NCBI GenBank assembly: GCA_963723515.1
Contig: CAVRQT010000003.1
Location: 768,001-832,000 of the forward strand
DNA length: 64,000 nucleotides
Reading direction: 5' to 3'
From: Vulcanimicrobiota bacterium
GTDB taxonomy: Bacteria > Vulcanimicrobiota > Vulcanimicrobiia > Vulcanimicrobiales > Vulcanimicrobiaceae
Part shown: piece after piece, positions 23,908-36,112 of the stretch
How positions within the stretch are numbered: the first letter of the stretch is position 1
Layout of the letters: each line of letters begins with the position of its first letter
Translations under genes and position numbers: made by a program
The notes under the pieces: model-generated
Told to the model about the DNA's origin: nothing
What the model saw: only the letters and a program-made list of their open reading frames with translations
Database searches by the model: none

Positions 23908-23951
23908 CGAGTGCGGGAGTTAGCGGTCGCCGCCTAAAAATCCGCCGCTTG

Positions 23952-25554
23952 ATGACAGCGCGCAATTCACAGCATCGCTACGATGCAATCGTGATCGGCG
24001 CAGGCCACAATGGACTTGTGACGGCTTGCTATCTCGCGCGTGCGAAGCGCAAGGTGCTCGTTTTGGAGCGGCGCGCGGTTGTCGGCGGCGCATGCGTCAC
24101 CGAAGAGACGTTTCCCGGCTTCAAAGTCTCGACCGCTGCGTACGTCAACAGCCTCTTTCGCCCGGAGATCGTGCGCGATCTGCGCCTGAACGACTACGGC
24201 TTCGAGCTTCTGGAGCGCAATCCATCATCGTTCACACCGTTCTTGGACGGCCGCTATTTGATGCTCGGCGCAGATAAAGCGGCGACGTTGCGTGAAATCG
24301 GCAAATTCAGCGCCCGCGACGCTCAGGCGTATCCCCGCTATGAGGCAATGCTCGAACGCGTTGCGGCTGTCGTTGAGCCCACGCTGATGCAAACGCCCTC
24401 GAACGCCGCGCACCCCGGTGCATCCGATCTCTTGAAGATGGCAAAGCTTGGCCGGTCGCTTCAAAAACTCGGAGCCGGCAATGGGCGAGGCGATCGAAGT
24501 CTTGACCGGATCCGCCCGCACGATCCTCGACCGGTGGTTCGAATCGGAGCAGTTCAAGGCGGTGTTGGACACCGATGCGATCATCGGGGCTTTTGCGGCC
24601 CCTTCGATGCCCGGAACCGCCTACGTCCTCTTTCATCATGTTATGGGTGAAACGAACGGTAAACGCGGGATCTGGAGCTACGTTCGCGGTGGAATGGGCG
24701 GCTTAACCCAAGCGTTGGCACGAGCCGCCTGCGACATGGGCGTGGAGATTCGAACCGATTGCGAAGTGCGCCGAATCATCGTCAGAGACGGTGTCGCGAC
24801 GGGCGTTGTACTCTCAAACGGTGCGGAAATTGAGGCGGTTAAGGTTGCCAGCAATGCGGATTGCAACGTGACCTTCAACAAGCTGCTCGACGCGCAAAGT
24901 TTACCCGAGGATTTCAGAGACGCGATCGCGCGCATCGATTACAGCAGCGCATCGCTGAAGATCAACGTCGCGATGTCGGCCTTGCCCAACTTTACCGCAT
25001 GCCCCGGAAACAGCGAACCGGGGCCGCAACATCGCGGCACGATTCATCTCGTGCCCGACCAGGACTTTATCGAACGTGCCTACGACGACGCGAAGTTCGG
25101 TAACCCCTCGCGCGAACCCGTGATCGAATGCACGATTCCGTCGGCACTCGATGCAACGGTCGCGCCGCCCGGCAAGCATGTCATGTCGATGTTCGTGCAA
25201 TATGCGCCGTACACAATCAAGGACGGCACGTGGGACGAGCGCACGAAAGATGAGTTCGCCGACCGGTGTTTTGGGATGCTCGAACGGCATGCGCCCGGAT
25301 TCACGTCATCGGTCCTCGCGCGGCAAGTACTGAGTCCCGTTGACCTCGAGCGTATGTTTAACTTGACCGGCGGCAACATTTTTCAAGGTGCGATGGATCT
25401 GCATCAGCTCTTCATGTTCCGGCCGGTAGCGGGATTTGCGGACTACCGCACGCCGATTCGCAACCTCTATCTGTGCGGTTCTGCGGCGCATCCAGGCGGC
25501 GGCGTGATGGGCGCTGCGGGTCGAAACGCAGCTCGAGAGATGTTGCGGAGATGA
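23952..25554 (+). CDS. Phytoene dehydrogenase-like FAD oxidoreductase (frameshift near 24475)
   Basis: GAGHNGL, GGACVTEE, GGMG, LYLCGSAAHPGGGV. Confidence 0.88.
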
Positions 25555-25739
25555 TCGCGATTTACAAGACTGCCTTGGCGATTATTCCGATCGCGATGCT
25601 GACCGTCGCCGTACCTTTGGTCAATCGTGTCGAGCCGCGGATCTTCGGTCTGCCTTTTCTTCTCGCATGGATCGCGTTCTGGGTTCTGCTGAGCCCTTTG
25701 TCCATCTACACGATCTACCGGCTCGATAATCGTCGTTGA
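25551..25739 (+). CDS. DUF3311 small membrane protein
   Basis: NRVEPRIFGLPFLLAW; coupled to the SSS gene. Confidence 0.85.
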   Translation: MIAIYKTALAIIPIAMLTVAVPLVNRVEPRIFGLPFLLAWIAFWVLLSPLSIYTIYRLDNRR

Positions 25740-27196
25740 GCGCTCCCATGATGGCGCTCTCGATCGTCGCCGCGATCGTTTGCGCGACGATTGCGTTTGC
25801 GCTCATCGCAATCCACCGTCTCCCGCGCGATCCAACCCAGTACATCGTGGGCGGCCGTTCGTTTGGAGCGTTGTTCCTGTGGATCTTGCTGGCGGGTGAA
25901 ATCTATACCAGTTTTACATTTCTCGGTGCGGCGGGCTGGGCGTACGGCAAAGGCGCCCCCGCATTCTACATCCTTGCGTATGGGACGACGGCATACATCA
26001 TCTCGTACTTTCTGCTGCCGCCGATTTGGCGCTTGGGCAAAGAGCGTGGGCTGCTCACTTCCGCGGACTTCTTCGTCGATCGCTACGGGAGCCGATGGCT
26101 CGGCGGAGCAGTCGCGCTCGTGCAGTTCGTATTGATCGTGCCATACGTCACGTTGCAATTGACCGGAATGCAGATCTTGCTGACCTTGGCAGGGTACGGA
26201 AAATACAACGCATCTATCGCGGTCGCCGTTGCCTTCCTCGTCGTTGCGCTGTTCGTCTTTACCGCCGGACTGCGCGGCACGGCATGGGCAAGCGTAATCA
26301 AAGATGCACTTGTGCTGGGCGCGGTGATCTTCGCCGGCGTCGTCTTGCCGATTCATTTCTTCGGTTCACCCGCCAAAATGTTCGACCGATTGCTCGTCGC
26401 ACACCCCACATGGCTGACGTTGCAATCCGCCGGTCCGTATCCGCCGCTCTGGTATATCACAACCGTTATCCTCAGCGGCGTCGGTTTTTATATGGGCCCA
26501 CAGAGCTTCGGCGCGGTTTACTCGGCCAAAGATGGCGACACGCTGCGGCGTAACGCCATTTTTCTGCCGCTTTATCAGCTGGTGCTCATGTTGATGTTCT
26601 TCGCCGGTTTTTCCGCGCTCTTAATCGTGCCCGGATTGCACGGACCGGCCGCCGACCAATCGTTTATGCTCGTGGTCCAGCGTTTCTACGCGCCATGGGT
26701 GCTGGGTCTTGTCGCGGGTGCGGGCGCGTTGGCGGCGCTGGTGCCGGTTTCCGGCCAGTTGCTCGGCGCGGCGAGCGTCCTTGCGAAAAATGTGCTCGGC
26801 GATCTCTGTCACGTCGGGGAATCCGATGTCGGGCGAACGACGGTCACACGGGTGCTCGTGATCGTCATCGCGGTTTTAGCGCTAGTCCTTTGGCTTTACG
26901 CGAAAACGACGCTCGTCGACTTGCTGCTGATTTACTACAACGGCATAACGCAGATGTTGCCGGGCGTCGTCTTTGCCCTGATTTGGCCGCGCGTACGCGC
27001 GGTGCCGGTGGCGGCCGGAATAGCGGCCGGACTCATTACGACAATCCTCTTGCGCGACTCGATCAGCGTGCACGGTCTAAACGTCGGCTTCTTGGCCCTT
27101 CTCGTCAATCTGCTCGTCTGCGTCGGGCTGACGCTCTTGGGCAACAAAAAACCCGCTGATCGCTCAGCGGGTTCTTCGTTGTCGACTCTACTTTAG
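25736..27196 (+). CDS. Sodium:solute symporter family protein
   Basis: VGGRSFG, AGEIYTSFTFLG, GLRGTAW. Confidence 0.9.
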   Translation: MSAPMMALSIVAAIVCATIAFALIAIHRLPRDPTQYIVGGRSFGALFLWILLAGEIYTSFTFLGAAGWAYGKGAPAFYILAYGTTAYIISYFLLPPIWRLGKERGLLTSADFFVDRYGSRWLGGAVALVQFVLIVPYVTLQLTGMQILLTLAGYGKYNASIAVAVAFLVVALFVFTAGLRGTAWASVIKDALVLGAVIFAGVVLPIHFFGSPAKMFDRLLVAHPTWLTLQSAGPYPPLWYITTVILSGVGFYMGPQSFGAVYSAKDGDTLRRNAIFLPLYQLVLMLMFFAGFSALLIVPGLHGPAADQSFMLVVQRFYAPWVLGLVAGAGALAALVPVSGQLLGAASVLAKNVLGDLCHVGESDVGRTTVTRVLVIVIAVLALVLWLYAKTTLVDLLLIYYNGITQMLPGVVFALIWPRVRAVPVAAGIAAGLITTILLRDSISVHGLNVGFLALLVNLLVCVGLTLLGNKKPADRSAGSSLSTLL

Positions 27197-27501
27197 CGGT
27201 ACGACGGCCGCGATGCAAAGCAATCGCGACAGTAGACCGGCTTATCGCCGCGCGGCTGAAACGGAACTTCCGCAACGCCGCCACACTGGCTACACGTTGC
27301 GGTGAACATCTCACGCGCGCGGCCGCCACCCGATCCCATGCCGCCACCTTGGCTGCGCATTGCTTTGCGCGCCTGACGGCAATCGGGACAGCGGTTTGGT
27401 TTGTTTTGAAAACCTTTCGATGCGTAGAATTCTTGCTCACCGGCGGTGAAAGCGAACTCACGACCGCAATCAACGCAGGTCAATTTTTCGTCAACGTACA
27501 C
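27193..27501 (-). CDS. Double zinc-ribbon protein (zf-trcl + CxxC-x17-CxxC)
   Basis: CVDC...GEQEFY...CPDC; CSQC...VPFQP...VYCRDC; AAGGAG RBS. Confidence 0.9.
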   Translation of the reverse strand: MYVDEKLTCVDCGREFAFTAGEQEFYASKGFQNKPNRCPDCRQARKAMRSQGGGMGSGGGRAREMFTATCSQCGGVAEVPFQPRGDKPVYCRDCFASRPSYR

Positions 27502-27596
27502 GAACGAGTTTCTCCTTATTTTGACTTACTAACGCTTGGATTCGACTCGTCTAGTACTTGAAAAAGTGACCGTGCCGAGCTTCGAAACCTGCGGTC

Positions 27597-27625
27597 ATCC
27601 TACCATGCAAGTGCCGCAAAAGCAA
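27597..27625 (-). promoter_or_regulatory. Putative sigma70 promoter of the zinc-ribbon gene
   Basis: TTGCTT-17-TAGGAT with TG extension, about 95 nt upstream of start. Confidence 0.5.
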
Positions 27626-27701
27626 ACAAGCGCGCCTCTATGTACGTGCTTCGTGCTGCGGCCCGAGGCCGCTGCGGACTGCGAGCGCGAATAGACATTG
27701 T

Positions 27702-28876
27702 ATGACCGCTATTCTGATTCCCGAAGATTTGCGCCATGAAGTGATCGCGACGCGACGCGCTATCCACAGCCACCCCGAACTGGGGTTCGAAGAGGTTGAA
27801 ACGTCGCGTCTCGTCGCAGGCCGTCTTCGAAAGCTCGGCTACGACGTCCATACCGGCATTGCGCGAGACCGGGGTCGTGGGCGTCATGCGCGGTACTGCG
27901 CCTGGGCGCACGATCATGCTGCGCGCCGACATGGATGCCCTACCGATACAAGAGGAAAACACCCTCGACTTCCGTTCGAATATTGCGGGCAAGATGCACG
28001 CGTGCGGCCATGACGGACATGTCGCAATTCTTTTGGGCGCGGCGGCGCTCATTGCAGAGCGCAAGGACAACTCGCGGGAACGATCTGCCTTCTCTTTCAG
28101 CCCGCTGAGGAAGGGCGCGGCGGCGCTCGAGCGCATGGTTGCGGAAGGCGTGATCGAGCGCTTCGGCATCGAGCGCGCGTATGGACTCCATCTTTGGTCG
28201 AATCAACCGGTTGGAACCCTTGGGTTTCGCGAAGGGCCGTTTTGCGCATCCGGCGATACGATCGAGATCACCGATTCGCGCCCCCGGTGGCCACGGCGCA
28301 ATGCCCCATCAAACTCCGGACCCCATCGTGACTGCGGCCAATTTTGTTACTGCGGTCCAACAAGTCGTCTCACGATCCATAGACCCCATGCAGCCGGCGG
28401 TTGTGACGGTCGGCTCGATCCATGGCGGAAGCGCGCCGAATGTTATTCCCTCCACCTTGCAGATGTTAGGCACGGTCCGCGCCTTTTCAAACGAAGTTCG
28501 CGAAGCCATGCCGGAGCGAATCGAGCGAATCTTACGCGGCTGCTGCCAGATCTCCGGAGCGGAGGCGGATTTCGAATACCAATGGCGCTTTCCGGTGACC
28601 GAAAACGATCGTGAGCAGACGCGTTACGCCCGCCGGCTCGCGACGACGCTTGGCGAAGAGCGCGTTCTGGATGTCGATCCGCTGACCGGCTCGGAGGATT
28701 TCTCGTTCTTCGCGCAGCGCGTGCCGGCGTGTTTCTTCGCCCTTGGCTCGCAGGGAAGTGCGTCAACCGGGAATCCACACCACAGCAACACCTTCGATCT
28801 CGATGAACGCGCGCTGGAGGCCGGCGTGCAAATGATGACGGCGCTCGCCTTTGACGCACCGCGCAACGCACCGTGA
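27702..28876 (+). CDS. M20 family amidohydrolase (frameshifted)
   Basis: HPELGFEE, RADMDALP, MHACGHDGH, GGHGAMPH, SEDFSFF. Confidence 0.9.
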
Positions 28877-28934
28877 ACGTTCGTGAGACCTCAGCGCTAC
28901 TCGACGATCCCGGGACGCGCGCGAGCCTGAGACA

Positions 28935-29399
28935 TTGGACGGATACTTGGAGGTGATGACACGCGCGGTCTTTCAGGCCGGCGTCAGCTGGGCGATGATC
29001 GCACAGCGCTGGGATGCTTTTCGCCGCGCGTTTTGCGATTTCGACGTCCAGCGCGTCGCAGCGTTCGATGACGTCGACATCGACCGTGCCCTTGCGGAGC
29101 GCATCCTGCGCAGCCCCAAGAAAGTGCGCGCAACGATCGCAAACGCGCAAACGATCTTATCCCTCGAAAAAGACTACGCCGGCTTCAAGAACTATCTGCG
29201 CTCATTTCGATCGTACGACGGTTTGTGCGCCGACATTCGCAAGCGCTTCAAGTTTATGGGCGCAATGAACGTTTGGTACTTTCTCTTTCGCGTCGGGGAG
29301 CCGGTGCCCAACTTTGAGGAATGGGTGAAGACGATTCCCGGCGACCATCCGCGCATGCAAGAGATGGTCGAGCGCGCGCGCCGCGAGGGCACGCTCTAA
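28935..29399 (+). CDS. DNA-3-methyladenine glycosylase I-like (short form)
   Basis: FQAGVSW, AF.DFD..RVA, KVRATIANA, FKFMG. Confidence 0.75.
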   Translation: MDGYLEVMTRAVFQAGVSWAMIAQRWDAFRRAFCDFDVQRVAAFDDVDIDRALAERILRSPKKVRATIANAQTILSLEKDYAGFKNYLRSFRSYDGLCADIRKRFKFMGAMNVWYFLFRVGEPVPNFEEWVKTIPGDHPRMQEMVERARREGTL

Positions 29400-29402
29400 G
29401 TC

Positions 29403-30943
29403 TTACGGCAAAGAGCGCACCGCGCTGCGCAACATCGGCGATCCGCTATTCCAGCGCACCGATCGAAGTTGGAGTCCGTCGAATCCCTGCAACACCGCGA
29501 CCGGTCGCGAATACCCGCTAATCGTTCCGTTTTGCACTTGCACCGTGCCGTTCAGTCCGGCGCCGGCGCTATGCGGTAAGAAATACACGCCGATTAGGTT
29601 CGGCCAACTGCCCAGTGCGGTCGGCGACGCCTCAACGCGAAAGTTATCCAGGACGAGACGATCGCGTCCCGTTGAAGGGGATGTGACGGCAAAATCGATT
29701 GCGGCTCCGGGACTATAGCAGTTGACCAAGGTGATGTTCTTTAGCACCGTGTCAACCGACGCCCCACTCTCAGCCCCCACGCCGACGAGAATCCCATTCG
29801 AGTTGACGCCATAAACGTTTTCGACCGTGACATTGCGCACGAAGCCATTGGGAACGTTCGCCACGAGGGCCAATGGTGTGCCGGAGCCGTTTTTCGATGC
29901 TTTACTAAGCGGGGCGCCATAATTCCCAAAGCGCGATCCCTGATAGCGAATGTTCGTGATCCGAACGTCACTGATAATGGTGTTCGTTGCCGGATTGATT
30001 TTCACGGAGTTCGCTCCACCGACCGACACTGAATCCGAAACGGTCGTTGAAACGCCGTTGATCGAGACGTTTTCGATTCTCCCGAACTGCCCGGCTGCCG
30101 GGTGGGAAACGCCATCGATCACGACGCGGTCGTCGTCGATGTTGTTTTCATTTATGAACGACTTCACATCGTCGATCCGTATGTCATGCGCCCTCGACGT
30201 GACGCCGTTGCGGGTCACAGCCTCGAGCGCCATTTGAATGATTCCGCTGCCATTATACGAGACAATATGTTGAAAGGTAGAGATCGTAGCTTGGATTGGC
30301 GGGATCGACGCCAAGATCGTAGTCGTTGAATCCTAGGAAGCCCTTTGGCCCGATGTTGATGCCGTTGTACGGGCGACGAATTTGCCCCCAGATCGAAGCG
30401 CACGTTTTCGAGCGTGAAGTGCTGCAGCGGCCGCATGTATCCGATGATGCAGTTGTACGTGCCGATGCTGCTCAGCGTAAACGATTGCGTGCCGGCGCGT
30501 GGATCGCAGCCCAAATCGCGGATCGTCACGTTGCGCAGCGGACCGGTTGCGGTCGGGCCGTCCAGCCAAAGCATCCCGATGTATTGACCGTCGTTGCCGC
30601 GCCTCACGCGGCTGGGATCAAAGCCGAAGTTGCGCGAGGCGACGAGCGTCGTGGTGTTCATGCCCGCGCCTTCAAAGGTCACATCTGAATCCAATGCGAT
30701 GCCGGTTGATATGACGCATTTACCGCGCGGAAGCCGCACGATGCCTTTGGAACGTGCGGCAGCGTCCTCGGCCGATTGAATCGCTTTGGTATCGTCCGTT
30801 GCACCGTCGCATTTTGCGTGGAAGTTTCGCACATCAAACACCGGACGTGTCGCTGCAGTAGCCGTGGTGCTCAACGCAAAGCCGAACATGATCATCGTCA
30901 GCAGGGCTGTCGTCGTCAGCCGTGATTTGGTCAAAGACTCCAT
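29403..30943 (-). CDS. Secreted right-handed beta-helix protein (GH28/pectate lyase 3-like; frameshift near 30350)
   Basis: Signal peptide, FDVRNFHAKCDGATDDTKAIQ.A, repeated NV.I.N beta-helix turns. Confidence 0.75.
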
Positions 30944-30958
30944 GGACGTAATTATTCG

Positions 30959-33900
30959 TTATCCAGGCGCCGGCTCGTCTAAATGCCGGCCGGCGGCTGA
31001 GGGTCCGGGTTGCGAGTCCCGGCGGCTGTTGTGGCGGCGTGCCCGTTCTGTTGGCGCCGGCATTTTGTCCACCGGGTTGACCGTTGCGCACGATGTACAA
31101 GCCGAGCTTTGGCGCATAGTTGAGCGCAGGCAACCGTCCGCCATCGAAACCGGCAGCCTTTAACTGATCTGTCGTGGCAGCGGCCACTCGTCCGCAATTG
31201 AGCAACGACGGTAACGCGCTCAAGTCATCATTATCGAGTTGATACCACGTTCCACCGTTTGCGGTGTGCGGCGTGATCTTCCAGCTTTGCGGTGCCTTGC
31301 CGGACTTGAAATACGCTTGCAGCTCTGCGAGCAGCCGTTGTGCCGTCGGTTTGATCTCCGTTGTGCATGCGTCGTTGGCGCTCAGCTGGAACGGCGTCGT
31401 CGGAGCGCTCTTCGGCAATTGATAGAGCCGGAAGCTCTGTTGTCCCGGCTGCTGCACCGGACGCGCGATGTAGAAGCCGACTGCGGGCATGAACTCGAGC
31501 GAGGGGCGGAAGAACAGCGAGCTCTTCGGCTGGTAGAGTCCGCGGCTTTGCACGTCTTCGGGTTGCGCGATGTGCACGGCGATGCATGCCGGCAATGCTT
31601 GCAGATTCGATTCGCGCCGCTGCACTTCAAAGCTAAGGCATACGACGAGCCGACTTTATGGTAGCTCACGTTGACGCCCGGAATTTGCGGCGCGCCGGGA
31701 ACCGCATCCGGATAGCCGCTGCGCGTCTTCGCCGCTTCAATTTTGGCGACGTACGGCTTTGATCTGATCCAAGAACGGCTGCACCGTTTTCTGGCCGTCG
31801 GCCGTGCAAGCGGAGTTCGACGTCGCCATCGCAAGCGGATCGCTGGGCGGGCTGGCCGGCAACGGCGTGAACATAGGGCGTTGGAACCACACCGGTCCGC
31901 CCGGACCCCCGCCGATGAGCCCCGCCCGGGCCACCGCGATCGCCTCCGCTCGCCGGCGCCTGCTGCAACAAGACTTGAACCGTTGTTCGCAGCCGCAGCA
32001 CTCGCGCCAAACGGAACGGTGTAGGTTACGGTGAATTGACGCGGTGAATTCGGACGCGCGATCGTCGCGATTTGCTCTCCACCTAGCGTTGTGTATGGCA
32101 CGGCGCCGACGTTGGTCGCAAAAATGCCGCCATAGGTATTAAAGAGATTATTGCCGGCAATCGTGAGGTCGCCGTGGGCCAAATGTAGATCGATGCCGGC
32201 GTCGATCACCGTGTATGCCGGCAAGTTTTGCGAATTGTTGGCCCCGACATACTGCGCTGAGACGAGCCCTTCGACAATTGAATGCGGCGCCTTATAGTCG
32301 AGGGTCAGCCCCGCTTTATGGAGCGGAGTATTCGGCAGCTGCGCTCCTGGGATGACGATCGAATATGGATTGTTGATCCGCGGATCGCTTGAATTCGCTT
32401 TGGCGACGGTGATGTTGTAATACGGTTGCACGTTGAGGTTGCCGAAGTTGAAAGTGGCCGCTACCTGTGCGCCTTCGTAGATCCGCTGCACGCCGCCGAT
32501 CGGCACGCTGAAGTAGACGTTTTGCGCGCCAAACGGCACATCTGGTCCCGCGTCGCATCCGCCCGCAGACTGGAAAACCTGCTCGACGGTCGTGAAATAA
32601 TCCGGCGGCAAACTTGCGTTCAGAACGGTACCGTTAACCAGCGTCGGCAACACAACGCCGTTTTGCACTTGCCGGTAGACTTGTGCGCTCAAGAGCCCGT
32701 TGCGAAAACTGTGCGCATAGCCGAGACGGGCCGACGTGGATGAACTTGCGGCGGGCTCATCGCCCGGCGCATTGCCGTATGCGACGTCGCCGTTGCAATC
32801 GTATCGCAAGGATTGCGGATCGCTGAGCACGCCGTTACGGCCGACATGCGGCGCAACGCCGCCGATATCATACGGCGGCCGTGTACGTGTCGGCCGTAGT
32901 CGGCGTCCACGTCGCCGCCACGCCGGCCAGGAGCGATGACGACGCATTGGACGCTTGGCTAAGCCCAAAGTGGTCGTTCAACTTGAGCTTGGCATTGGAA
33001 CGAATCGTGTCGTTGACCGTTAGACTGCTGTAGTTGCTCGTCGAAGGGGCGCTAACATACGGCGTGCGCCGGAGCTTATCAGCGGAGTTGAGCTCGTCGT
33101 CGTGCTTGTCGAGTTGGCGCTGATGCTGATCGTATGCCGCTCTTTTGCCGGCAGCGTCGCGTTAACGGAAAAACCTTTAGAAGTCGTATCCGTCAAGAAT
33201 CCAGTCGGATCGGGAACGCCGTTGAGATACCGGTTCAATAAATCGCGATCGAATTTGACCGAGTTTTGATAAACCGAGGCCTGCACCGCCGTTTGGCCGA
33301 TCAACGCGCTGTCAGTCAGCGCATACAACGCAAAGTGGCTGGCGATGCTATTATCGGGACCGTAACCGCACGGCAGAGGGCCCGTGATCTGCAAGCAGAG
33401 CAGCGAATTTGACTGGTTCGTATCAAGATACGTCGCACTCAACGTTTGCGATTGGCCGAGGCGATAGCGCAACTTCACGAGATCGCCTTGCGTGTCGTTG
33501 ATGCCGTCGTGTTCATAATCAAGACCGCTCGCATCAAGATATCGCAATCCGTTTGCGAGGCTCGGCGTGCTGCGCGACGTGTGCTGTACGGCGATACCGA
33601 GATTGCCGAGCGATCCCGTTTCTCCGAACGACCAGTACCCTTTGCCGTACGAACCGGCGCTTATGCTGGCTGTACCCTGCCACGACAGCGTCGGCTCCAG
33701 CGTGCGGAAGTTCACGCCGCCGCCTAAGCCGTTGGTTTGCGGACCAAACGAAACGGATGCGCCCCGAAAAAGATCGGAGCTAATCTGCGCGAGATTGCCC
33801 GCGGTTCCCGGAGCGTTCAGTGGAATGCCGTCGAGCGAGAGCGCGGTTTGACTCGGATCGTGGCCTTCGAGCGATACCGTTTGGGTTGCGTCCGTGTCGG

Positions 33901-34405
33901 CACTTGACGTCGTTACCGAAACGCCTGAGAGTTTATTGAGCGCGTCTGCAAGCGTATCCGAGAGCTTGCGTTGCGCGCTCGTGTCACCGATCGAGCTCGT
34001 TGAAATAGAGGCCGTGGAGTGAACGGTAACGCTTCCGATCTCTCTAAGCTGCTGGCTCTTGGCGAGCGAAACTGAAACCGTAACCGTCTTGCCGTTGATC
34101 ACTTCGAACTGGTCCGACGTGACGGCTTGGTAATCACGTTTGAAAATTCGAGCGGTGTAAATCCCATCCGGCACATCGGTAAATTTCACCGAACCGGTCG
34201 GACCGGAATACTCGCTCGTCATCACCGGGCCATTGAGCAAAACCCGCGCCATGTCAATCGGTGCCTTGCTCTGGCTATCCATAACATTGATGATGATCTG
34301 GCCGCTGTCCGCTTGCGCAAAGGCAGCAAAGGGCGCCGCGGCAAGGCTCATCGCGACGGCCAGAGTGAAGGTCAACGCTCGTTTGGTCAAGCTATGGCGT
34401 CTCAT
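30959..34405 (-). CDS. TonB-dependent receptor-like protein with C-terminal extension (several frameshifts; 3' end approximate)
   Basis: Signal peptide, carboxypeptidase-regulatory-like N domain, plug LADALNKLSGV...GGVNF, barrel end NNLFN...PRQFTVTY. Confidence 0.75.
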
Positions 34406-34497
34406 GAAATATTAAAAAATGCGCACACGGCGCGTTCTGCGCTAGTCTAGCGTGCCGAGTTTAGAGATTACTGTGATTAACGAAGAGAGCGCCAATG

Positions 34498-34674
34498 TGT
34501 CACGCTGGGCTCAGCGAAGCGCCACCACCCCTGTCACGCTGAGCTTGATCGAAGCGCCACCGCGCCTCTCACGCTGAGTTCATCGAAGCGCCACGATTAC
34601 GGATGCCCATCGATCCTCGACATTCGACGAGCTCGTGCAGCAAGCTCGGGACAGGCGCACTGCTCAGGGTGACA
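34498..34674. repeat. REP-like repeat cluster
   Basis: 3 degenerate TGTCACGCTGAGCTTGTCGAAGCG copies plus an inverted composite copy. Confidence 0.8.
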
Positions 34675-34702
34675 GAGTTTTTGAAGCGGCGCCCGATGAT
34701 CG

Positions 34703-36112
34703 TTAGATTTTTATCGTGACCGTCGTACCGTGGCCAGGGGCGCTATCGATGCGAATGTCGCCACCTGCGCGATCAACGGCGCTTTTAGCAATCGCAAGCC
34801 CAAGACCCGTACCGGTAATCGCTCCCCGTTCGTCGCCCCGGTAGAAACGTTCAAACGCATGCAAGCGTTCTGACTCCGTCATTCCAGGTCCATCGTCGCG
34901 CACCATGATCGCCGTCTTGCCGTCATCACGCGCGGCCCGCAAATGGATCGGCGCGCCCGGTGCATACTTCAGCGCGTTCTCTACAACGTTCCAAAGCGCT
35001 TCGCCGAGTTCAGCGCGGTCTCCGACGACTTGCGACGCGCCGTCGACGCTGTAATCGATCTGGCGTTCGCTGTCGAGTCTTCGGGCGGCGTCGCATTGAC
35101 TGCGCAGCAATTCAGTGAGGTCGATCTGTTCTTGATGCGGCGGCGTTTCTGCGTCGAGCCGAGCGAGGCGCATCAAGCGATCGATCAGCGAACGCATATG
35201 CTCTTTTTCAATTGCCATCGTATTGAGAATCTGTTTGGCGACGTTCGGCTCGGCAACCGCACCACGGCGCAGCACATCGATGTATCCGGCAATTACAGTC
35301 AGCGGCGTGCGCAACTCATGGCCCGCATCGGCTACGAACTGACGCATTCGCTCTTCCGTTCGCCGCCGTTCGTCCATCGAGGCGGCGACATTCGCGGCGG
35401 CCTCATTATACGCACTCGTCAAGGATGCCATTTCTTCACCGTCCGCTAAGAGAAAACGCTGTTGGGCATATTCTCCGCTTGCTAAAGCATGGAGCGCTTG
35501 GGCGACTGACTGCAACGGGCGCAACGCTTGTTTTGAAAAATACCAGCCCAAGAGCCACGCGAGTGCGACCGCGAAAATCGCGATCGTAACGATGATCTTC
35601 CAGTATGGAAGCAACGCAACCCAAATAACACCCAGCGACGGCTCGAAGGCGACAAAGCCGCCGTTTACTTTGGCAAGCCCGATCGGCTCGCGATGCGGTC
35701 CACCCGGCCGGCCGAGCATCTCACGCATGATCATGCGCTGCGCAGGGTTTCCCTCATGCCGCAGCACTGGCGATAGGTTTCCCGGAGAGAGCAGCCGCGG
35801 GTGCAAGTCCTTGTCGCCGGCTAAATAGTGGCCTTGGCTGTCGAAGACCGCAATATTGAGCCCGATTCCGCTTAATTCGTCGATGATGCGCGGCGCGGCT
35901 TGTTTTAGCGACATGCCTTGCGACGCGTATTGATCGGCCAAAATCCGCGCCTCTTCGTGTTTTGCAACCAAGACGTCGCCGCTGAACGCGCCCAACTTCG
36001 AGACCAGAACTAATGACGACGCGATGATCACCATTAGCACGATCACGGCGAGCATCAGTGCATAGGTCGTCGCGAGCCGGGTTGCGATTGACTTATGCAA
36101 GGCCGTACCCAA
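34703..36112 (-). CDS. HAMP sensor histidine kinase
   Basis: FVADAGHELRTPL, NVVENALKY, DDGPG, GTGLGLAI. Confidence 0.95.
   Translation of the reverse strand: MGTALHKSIATRLATTYALMLAVIVLMVIIASSLVLVSKLGAFSGDVLVAKHEEARILADQYASQGMSLKQAAPRIIDELSGIGLNIAVFDSQGHYLAGDKDLHPRLLSPGNLSPVLRHEGNPAQRMIMREMLGRPGGPHREPIGLAKVNGGFVAFEPSLGVIWVALLPYWKIIVTIAIFAVALAWLLGWYFSKQALRPLQSVAQALHALASGEYAQQRFLLADGEEMASLTSAYNEAAANVAASMDERRRTEERMRQFVADAGHELRTPLTVIAGYIDVLRRGAVAEPNVAKQILNTMAIEKEHMRSLIDRLMRLARLDAETPPHQEQIDLTELLRSQCDAARRLDSERQIDYSVDGASQVVGDRAELGEALWNVVENALKYAPGAPIHLRAARDDGKTAIMVRDDGPGMTESERLHAFERFYRGDERGAITGTGLGLAIAKSAVDRAGGDIRIDSAPGHGTTVTIKI

Noticed and set aside
23952..25554. Carotenoid biosynthesis (crtI)
   Set aside because: Generic phytoene-dehydrogenase-like family with no crt genes nearby; it is coupled to an SSS transporter.
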